DNA from: a bacterium
GTDB taxonomy: Bacteria; Zhuqueibacterota; Zhuqueibacteria; Oceanimicrobiales; Oceanimicrobiaceae
Reading direction: 5' to 3'
NCBI GenBank assembly: GCA_046757165.1
Contig: JBHHXT010000154.1
Location: 1-11,457, forward strand
DNA length: 11,457 nucleotides
Part shown: positions 1-6,700 of the stretch, piece after piece
How positions within the stretch are numbered: the first letter of the stretch is position 1
Layout of the letters: the number at the start of each line of letters is the position of its first letter
Notes under the pieces: model-generated
The model's input: the letters and a program-made list of their open reading frames with translations, nothing else
What the model was told of the DNA's origin: nothing
Databases searched by the model: none
Program-made: the position numbers and the translations under genes

Positions 1-1
1 T

Positions 2-433
2 GAGCTGCTGCAGGCACCCCTGCCACCCCTGCTGGTGCTTGTCTCGTTCCTCAGCATTCGGGAATCGTTGGTGAATGAGCTCGACCTCCGTCGCGGTCCC
101 ACGATCGTGGAACAAAACGGTGACCAGGGTTTCGGACGTTTCCTCCCCCTGCCACTGCCAGGTGAACACGAGCTTCTTGTTGTGCTCCACCTGGCGGAAA
201 ACGCCGTGCACCGCATAGAGCGCATCGCTGTCAGGTGATTGCATGCCGAAGCGGTACCGGCCGCCGACCCGCAGATCCACTTCGCAAACCGGCGTGCTCC
301 AGTCATCGCCAACATGGAACCATTTGCTCAGGAGCTCCGGCTCGGTCCACGCTTTGTAAACGCGGTCGCAGGGCGCTGAAAATGTGCGTTTCACGGTCAA
401 GGCCGCATCTGTTTCGTGCTCTATCATGGCCAT
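2..433 (-). CDS. SRPBCC/AHSA1 (START-like) domain protein, 3' end truncated by the window edge
   Basis: Not in the ORF track because there is no stop in the window. Manual translation from the ATG at 433-431: MAMIEHETDAALTVKRTFSAPCDRVYKAWTEPELLSKWF...EVDLRVGGRYRFGM...HGVFRQVEHNKKLVFTWQW...ETLVTVLF...TEVELIHQRF...HQQGWQGCLQQL, which carries typical AHSA1 motifs. TAATG overlap with the arsR stop; GGAG SD at 442-445. Confidence 0.93.
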   Translation of the reverse strand, partial: MAMIEHETDAALTVKRTFSAPCDRVYKAWTEPELLSKWFHVGDDWSTPVCEVDLRVGGRYRFGMQSPDSDALYAVHGVFRQVEHNKKLVFTWQWQGEETSETLVTVLFHDRGTATEVELIHQRFPNAEERDKHQQGWQGCLQQL

Positions 434-777
434 TACTTCTTCTCCTCTTTTGCGGATTGGTTTAGGAATCTATCGAGCGCGTCGAACTGCTTTTGCCAGA
501 ACTCACGGTACCGGCTGATCCACTCGGCGGCTTCTTTCAACGGGACAGCTTTTAAGCGGCAGCGGTAGATCCGACCTTCCTTTCGACGCGAAAGCAGGCC
601 GGCGTTCTCCAGAATCTTCAGGTGCTTGGAGACTGCGGGCAGGGACATGTCGAAGGGTTGTGCCAGCTCGGAGACGGTGCACTCTCCTTCGGTAAGCCGC
701 ATGAGGATAGCACGCCGGGTTGGATCGGCCAGCGCCATGAAAGTCAGGTCGAGAGTGCCGGTATAATATTTAACCAT
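433..777 (-). CDS. ArsR/SmtB-family winged-helix transcriptional repressor (SRPBCC-associated type)
   Basis: ALADPTRRAILMRL...TVSELAQPFDMSLPAVSKHLKILENAGLLSRRKEGR is a classic ArsR HTH; the arsR-SRPBCC pairing is a common arrangement. Confidence 0.95.
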   Translation of the reverse strand: MVKYYTGTLDLTFMALADPTRRAILMRLTEGECTVSELAQPFDMSLPAVSKHLKILENAGLLSRRKEGRIYRCRLKAVPLKEAAEWISRYREFWQKQFDALDRFLNQSAKEEKK

Positions 778-789
778 ACAGTTAAATAT
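766..789. promoter_or_regulatory. Putative ArsR operator, perfect 9-6-9 inverted repeat
   Basis: ATATTTAAC(766-774)-CATACA-GTTAAATAT(781-789); straddles the arsR start codon (775-777) and overlaps the -10 box. Confidence 0.8.
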
Positions 790-813
790 ATGGACTCAGC
801 TCGTCTTTGTCAA
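785..813 (-). promoter_or_regulatory. Sigma70-type promoter of arsR-SRPBCC (leaderless)
   Basis: Minus strand reads TTGACA(813-808)-17 nt-TATATT(790-785)-7 nt-ATG(777); no SD before the ATG. Confidence 0.8.
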
Positions 814-814
814 G

Positions 815-850
815 AACAAAAATAATAATAAAGGGTCGGCTTGCGCCGAC
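815..850 (-). terminator. Probable intrinsic terminator after the 882-aa gene
   Basis: Minus strand GTCGGC-GCAA-GCCGAC (850-835, GNRA tetraloop) begins at the last base of the TAG stop and is followed by CCTTTATTATTATTTTTG. Confidence 0.65.
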
Positions 851-3498
851 TATTTCAACAACAGCATCCGTCTTGTCAGTTTGAATTCTCCCGCAACGAG
901 CTGATAGAGGTAGATCCCTGAAGATACGGCCTCACCGTTTTGCGACCTGCCGTCCCATTCGATTGTGTGGCTCCCGGGCAGCGTATGTCCGCTGGCCAGC
1001 GTCTTGACTAAATGCCCCAGGAGATTGTAGACCCGCAGTTGCACCTGCACGCCGCCAGGAAAGCTTTCCGGGATGGTAAAGACGATTTGCGTGGTTGGAT
1101 TGAACGGATTGGGATAGTTTTGCCTGAGGGCAAAGTTCCCGGGCAGCAAAGGCGTTTGCCCTTTTTCTTCTGTGACTTGCGGATTGAGCCTTGCAAACAT
1201 GGTATCCGGCATCAGGAACGCGAGACCCTCGATGTCCAGGTTCTCCGCGCCGCGGGTCGGAATCCGTGTGCCAATGCCTGTACCCGGGTCGATCGACAGG
1301 AACGTGTGAATCGTCTGCGTGTGACCGTTGCTAAACCCGATCAAATTGCCATCCGGACAGAATTCCAGGCACTCGACGTTTGGAAATCCCACCGAATCTG
1401 CGCTCACCGCGGTTCCGGCTCCCGTGCTGGTGTTGATGGTGATGATCTGCCCGGTTCGGGTATCGGCCCCGAAGAGCGTTGGATTCGATTCCAGGGTAAA
1501 CGCCAACCCTTCGACATCCTTGAAGCCGAGTTCCCCGATCATCGTCACCTCACCCGTCGTCCTGTTGATTTGCAGGAATTTGTGCAGCACGTTATCAACA
1601 CCGAACAATTCGCTCGTGACCGGGTTGATGGCTAACCCTTCGATATCGTCCAGTCCGGTATTGCCGATCAACGTGGCGGGAATATCTGCCGGTGGCGCTG
1701 TCGGGATATTCTTTGGGTCAATTTCATAAAGCCCGCCCTCGTCCTCGTTTACGATAACAAGCATACGCTTCGTGAAGGGGTCCCAGGTCATGCATTCCAG
1801 ATCAACGAGCGTTGCCGACCCGTCTGTGATGGGCCCGAGAATTTCCACGGCCGGATTGAGGGTGCTGAGGTCGAGCTTGATGAGCTCATCGGTGTCACCG
1901 TCAACGCCGAAGAGAATACATTCTTCTGGCCGGCATTGGACGCGTACCGTATCGCTGCAGATGGTCTCGTTGCCGCAGCTATCGACGATGGTGCACACGG
2001 CGATAATCAGGCTATCACAAGGAACAGTCGCCATGAAAGTGATGGTGGAATCGCGCGTGGTGATTTGGCTGACGTCGCTTATGACGCCGTTGATCGCAGA
2101 GGTGATGGTAAAGGGCGGCGTGCCACTTGTGACCGTGGTAACGGCTGTCACCTTGACGCTGTCTGCATCTATCCGGGCGCCGTTTGACGGCGACAGGATG
2201 TCGACCAGACAGGCCGGCGGCGGAGGTGGCTGGGCTCGAACGGTATCCGTGCACACGGTTTGCGTGCCGCAGCTATCAACAATCGTACAGACAGCGATGA
2301 TGAGGCTATCAGCGAAGGGGAAGGGAACGCTGGCGATGAAATTGCGGTTCTCATCGACCTGAGCCGGAACGCCATTGACCTCGCACACAACGCTGAAAGG
2401 ACCGAACCCTGCCGTGATGGTGGTCAACCCCTGCACCGACAGGCTGTCGCCACAGATGACAGAGCTATCCTGTGGCGAGGTGATCTCGGTGACACAGATT
2501 GGGGCCGGTGGTCTGAAGACGTGCAGGGTGTCGGCGCAAACGGTCTGTATCCCACAACTGTCGGTGACAGTGCAGGTGGCAATGATGAGATTATCGGAAA
2601 AGGGGAATGGCACCGTCGTCATAAAATCAACAGTCCTGTCGCTGGTCACAATCGGCGTTGCGCTTGTACCGACGCCATTGACCTCGCAATTGATCGTGAA
2701 GGGGGGAACCCCTTGCTTGATCACGGTCGTCCCGGCTACGGTGACGTTGTCGCCACAGATGATGGCGCTATCTTGTGGAACCGTAATCTCAACCGTACAA
2801 ACGGGTGCCGGCGGGACCTCCACCACAATCGTATCTGTGCAAACAGCTTCGTTGCCACAGCTATCAACCACGGTGCAGACCGCGATGATAGAGTTTTCCT
2901 TGCCGGGCTCGAGAGGCACGGTTGCCATAAACATGGAATCTGTGACAGTCGCCACCACGCCATTGACTTCGCAAAAACGGTCAAAAGGAGGAACGCCGGC
3001 GATGATGTTGAGCATGCCCGTGACTTTCACGCTGTCGCCGCACACGAATGCGCTATCTAAGGGTGAACTGATTTCCGCAAAACATGCGGGCGGGCCTGCG
3101 CGATTGACCAGGGTGAGATTTCTGCTGTTATCGCAGCTCGTCTGGTTGCCTTGCGCATCTGTCACCGTGCAGGCTATCTGGATGAGGTTCAGCCCCACGG
3201 TAAGCGGAATCGTGGCACACAGCACGGAATCATCAGCAACATCCGCCGAAAATCCGTTGATGGTGCAGTCGATGGTGAAAGGATGAGTGCCGCCCTCAAC
3301 GCGCACGACAGCGGTGACTTTGACACTGTCCTCGCAGATCAATGCCCCCTTGGCCGGGGAGAGAACCTCGATCTCACACTGCAAAGCCGTATCCTGGGCA
3401 AAAACTGGTGACGCGTAGCCAACCCGCAGGAAAAAAGTGACAGCCGCCAGCAAAAGGATCGCGATGTCACATCTTCTGGCAATTCTTACGATGTCCAT
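850..3498 (-). CDS. Secreted protein: signal peptide + 5 Cys-rich Ig/HYR-like modules + beta-propeller + T9SS type-A/FlgD-Ig-like C-terminal domain
   Basis: 882-aa ORF; AAGGGGG SD; Sec-type signal ending VFA|Q; modules at ~1921-3378; five D[ILV]EGLA-like blade motifs at ~1211-1920; CTD FALRQNYPNPFNPTTQIVF...VYNLLGHLVKTL...WDGRSQNGEAVSSGIYLYQL...RRMLLLK. Confidence 0.9.
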   Translation of the reverse strand: MDIVRIARRCDIAILLLAAVTFFLRVGYASPVFAQDTALQCEIEVLSPAKGALICEDSVKVTAVVRVEGGTHPFTIDCTINGFSADVADDSVLCATIPLTVGLNLIQIACTVTDAQGNQTSCDNSRNLTLVNRAGPPACFAEISSPLDSAFVCGDSVKVTGMLNIIAGVPPFDRFCEVNGVVATVTDSMFMATVPLEPGKENSIIAVCTVVDSCGNEAVCTDTIVVEVPPAPVCTVEITVPQDSAIICGDNVTVAGTTVIKQGVPPFTINCEVNGVGTSATPIVTSDRTVDFMTTVPFPFSDNLIIATCTVTDSCGIQTVCADTLHVFRPPAPICVTEITSPQDSSVICGDSLSVQGLTTITAGFGPFSVVCEVNGVPAQVDENRNFIASVPFPFADSLIIAVCTIVDSCGTQTVCTDTVRAQPPPPPACLVDILSPSNGARIDADSVKVTAVTTVTSGTPPFTITSAINGVISDVSQITTRDSTITFMATVPCDSLIIAVCTIVDSCGNETICSDTVRVQCRPEECILFGVDGDTDELIKLDLSTLNPAVEILGPITDGSATLVDLECMTWDPFTKRMLVIVNEDEGGLYEIDPKNIPTAPPADIPATLIGNTGLDDIEGLAINPVTSELFGVDNVLHKFLQINRTTGEVTMIGELGFKDVEGLAFTLESNPTLFGADTRTGQIITINTSTGAGTAVSADSVGFPNVECLEFCPDGNLIGFSNGHTQTIHTFLSIDPGTGIGTRIPTRGAENLDIEGLAFLMPDTMFARLNPQVTEEKGQTPLLPGNFALRQNYPNPFNPTTQIVFTIPESFPGGVQVQLRVYNLLGHLVKTLASGHTLPGSHTIEWDGRSQNGEAVSSGIYLYQLVAGEFKLTRRMLLLK
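1921..3378 (-). repeat. Five tandem ~95-101 aa cysteine-rich modules (protein-level repeat)
   Basis: Consensus CxxEIxSPxDxxxxCxDSVxVxxxxxIxxGxxPFxxxCxVNGV...FMATVP...IIAxCTVxDSCGxxTVCxDTxxVxxPPxP repeated five times. Confidence 0.9.
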
Positions 3499-3551
3499 TT
3501 GACGCCCCCTTATTTTGATGAGGACATGCTGTTTTCAGTGTTATGATTTAA

Positions 3552-3632
3552 CCTCACGCAGAGACCGCCGGGCTCGCAGAGTTCTGTTTTTGTCCGTCAC
3601 TTCTCTGCGCGCTTTGCGGACTTTGCGTGAGG
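3552..3632. repeat. REP-like extragenic inverted repeat built from 9-nt (CGCAGAG/CTTTGCG) units
   Basis: Arms 3552-3581 (cctcacgcagagaccgccgggctcgcagag) and 3603-3632 (ctctgcgcgctttgcggactttgcgtgagg) are complementary at 24/30 positions, with a 21-nt spacer; the right arm is three 9-mers. Confidence 0.7.
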
Positions 3633-3667
3633 CAATTCAGGAATCTCAGGCACCGGGCAAACAAGCC

Positions 3668-3694
3668 CCTTGCGGAGGCCAGGCCTCCGCAAGG
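3668..3694 (-). terminator. GC-rich hairpin, possible terminator or mRNA-stabilising stem between the two large genes
   Basis: Perfect 13-1-13 palindrome CCTTGCGGAGGCC-A-GGCCTCCGCAAGG about 60 nt downstream of the 1358-aa gene stop; only a weak U-tract (GGCTTGTTT) follows on the minus strand. Confidence 0.55.
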
Positions 3695-3755
3695 TTCATC
3701 ACTCGCCAGAGTCTTTCCAGCAAGTCATTTCTACTTACGATCAGGACATATGTCC

Positions 3756-6700
3756 TTATTTCAGGAAGACCATGCGTCTGGTCTGTCGAACATTGCCTGC
3801 GACGAGCTGATAGATGTAAATGCCCGTTGACACCAGCACGCCGTTCTTGTTTTTGCCATCCCATTGAATGGTATACTTTCCTGCTGCTTTGGGCTCATCT
3901 ACCAGCAGGGCCACTTGCTCGCCCAGAAGGTTGAAGATTTGCAGTTTGACCGCCACGCCGTCGAGCTTCTCTGGGATAGCAAAGCGAATCTTCGTCGTCG
4001 GGTTGAACGGGTTCGGGAAGTTTTGCGTCAGTTGAAATTCCTCCGGCATGGCTTGCAGCTCCAGCGTGTGATCGACGTCATCGGAAGTGTCGATCAGGAA
4101 GAAGTTGGCCGTCGTACCCGCGGGTCCCGCATAAGTGATGAGCATCTGATTGGCGCCGGAATGGACGTAATCCACCAGGTCGATGGTGACCTGACCCTGG
4201 CGCGGCATGACGTAGGTGTTCATTTCTTGCTGGGCGCGGCCCGCGTCGGCCACCAATTGGAATTTCTGGCCATTGAGATCCAGCCGAATCTCGGTCAAAC
4301 CAAGATTGCTGACTTGCAGGTAACGGTCGACGTGTGGGAACCGAAACTCGAACTGGCGATTTGCAGCGTCCGCCGCCAGATGGAGAAATACCGGGTCACA
4401 TTCGAATACGTTTCCACACCAGTCGGTCACGATCAAATTGAAGAAGAGCGACTTGTTCGGGTCGATGATGTCGAGCCGGAAGTTGACTTCCTGGGCACCG
4501 TGCTCAAATGGATCGATGGTCAGCTCGACATTGAACAGGGAGTCTTTCTCAATCGTAGCGATGCCGCTTCCTTCGTCGAAAATCGTACCGAAGATGCTAG
4601 ATCCATCCACTGCGAAAAAGCAGCTCGGCGGCTCCTCATCTACTGACACCCGGATGGTGTCCCGGCAGATGGTCTCGAACCCGCAGCTATCGACGATTGT
4701 ACACGTCGCTATCAGAGTAGTATCTCCGGTTAGATTGTTCAACTGCGCCGTAAAGGTGATGGTGGTGTCCCTGGTGGTAAACTCAGCAATGTCGGTCACC
4801 ACACCGTTGAGGTCGCAGGTGACCTTGAACGGGCCGAGTCCGCCTTGAATCGTCGTCTTTCCCGTCACGGTTAGCGTGTCACACACGATCGCACCTTCAA
4901 GAGGAGAGGTGATTTCTGTGTTACACACAGGTCGCGCAGGAACAAACACGATCACCGTGTCACGACAAATCGTCTCGAACTGACAACTATCCACCACGAC
5001 ACAGGTCGCGATGAGCGTGTCATTCTGACCCAATGTCAGCGGAATCGTGGCCATGAAAACACCATCGTCATCGATGGTTGTCGGGATGCCGTTGACATCA
5101 CATTTTCTCTCAAAAGGAGGAAGCCCGCCTTCAACGGTAAGGATACCCGTGACTTTGACGCTGTCATCGCAGTTGACCGTGCCTGCCAGGGGTTGCGTAA
5201 TGTCGACCGTGCAGATGGGTTTGGGAGGAATGTCAACCGTGACCGTATCCGCGCAAACCGTTTCGAATCCACAACTGTCAACCACCGTACACGCCGCGAT
5301 GATGGTGTCGATCTGACCCCGCGTCAGTGGCACCGTCGCCATGAACACGCCTTGCTCATTCACGGTTGCAGCAACGCCGTTGATGTTACAATCTTTGGCA
5401 AAGGGGGACAACCCTCCGTCAATACTGAGAAGGGCGACCACTTTAACGCTGTCATCACAGTTAATGATGCCGTCTGCCGGGGTCGTTATCTGGACCGTGC
5501 AGATGGGTCGTGGTGGAATTTCCAGGGTGATCGTATCCGCACAAACGGTTTTGAAGCCACAACTGTCGACGATGGTACAGGTCGCGATGACGGTATCGAC
5601 CTGGCCGCGGGTCAGCGGCACTTTTGCCATAAAAACACCTTGCTCAGTGACGGTTGCCGCAACGCCGTTGACACGGCAGATCTTGGTGAACGGGCCGACT
5701 CCTCCTTCAATGCTGAGGGTGGCGGTGACTTTGACACTGTCATCACAGTTGATGGTGCCATCCTGCGGGTCGGTGATCCTGACCACACAGACGGGTTTCT
5801 CCGGCACAAATACGACCACGGTGTCGCGGCAGACGGTGGCGAAACCACAACTGTCAACCACGGTACAGGTGGCGATCAGGGTGTCGTTCACCCCGCGCGT
5901 GAGCGGCACCTTTGCCATCAGCACGCCCTGCTGGTCGACGTTTGCCGGAATGCCATTGATATCACACACCTTGCTGAAGGGGCCGAGGCCTCCTTCAATC
6001 GCGAGTACGGCGGTGACTTTGACACTGTCATCACAGTTGATGGTGCCATCCTGTGGTGAGGTAATGTCGACAAAACAGACCGGGGGTTCTGGCCGGGTGA
6101 CGGTCAAAGTGTCGGCGCAGACGACTTGATTGCCGCAATTGTCTGTGACCGTACAGAGGGCAATAATGGTGTTTTCACCGATCGCCATGGGCACCTTCGC
6201 CATGAACATGTTGTCCGTCTTGACAACCTCGACGCCGTTGATGGTGCACAGGGTATCGAACGGCGGCACCCCGGAAGTAATGTCAAGAGCCGCCGTAACC
6301 TTGACGGAGTCGCAGACCAGGGTGCCCTCTTTCGGCTCCGTGATCTTCACCACGCAGGTCGGCAGTTGCGGCCGGTTGACGACCTTCACCAGCCGACATG
6401 TTTCAGCGTCCTGCCGAGAATCCGTGAACGTACATAGGATCTCAACCGTATTCAGGCCAAATTCGAGCGGAATTCTGGCAGAGATGAAGAAGAGTGAATC
6501 GTTCACCACACTGTCGAGCTTCGCCGGGAAACCATTGATCGTACAGTCGGTTTGTATTGGCGGTTGGCCGCCCATCAGGTTGACGACTGCATTGACATCG
6601 ACGGAGTCTGTGCAGATCAGGGCGCCCGGCGACGGGGACAGGAGGTCTATGCTCTTGCATATCAACGTATCCGGACTGATGCAAAGGACGTCGACCGTCG

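Noticed and set aside
35..465. Plus-strand ORFs 35-238 and 235-465
   Set aside because: They lie antisense to the clear SRPBCC gene.
3515..3934. Small ORFs across the intergenic region (3515-3934, 3627-3830, 3646-3864)
   Set aside because: They are translations of the REP-like element and hairpins, overlap the CTD, and look non-protein-like.
4623..6659. CRISPR array or DGR template/variable repeat interpretation of the periodic DNA repeats
   Set aside because: The period is 288 bp, in frame and coding; differences are not adenine-specific; no cas or reverse transcriptase gene is in the window.
1921..6659. Multiheme cytochrome or Fe-S/zinc-finger interpretation of the Cys-rich repeats
   Set aside because: There are no CxxCH or CxxC motifs; the Cys are dispersed in secreted beta-rich modules, which fits disulfides.
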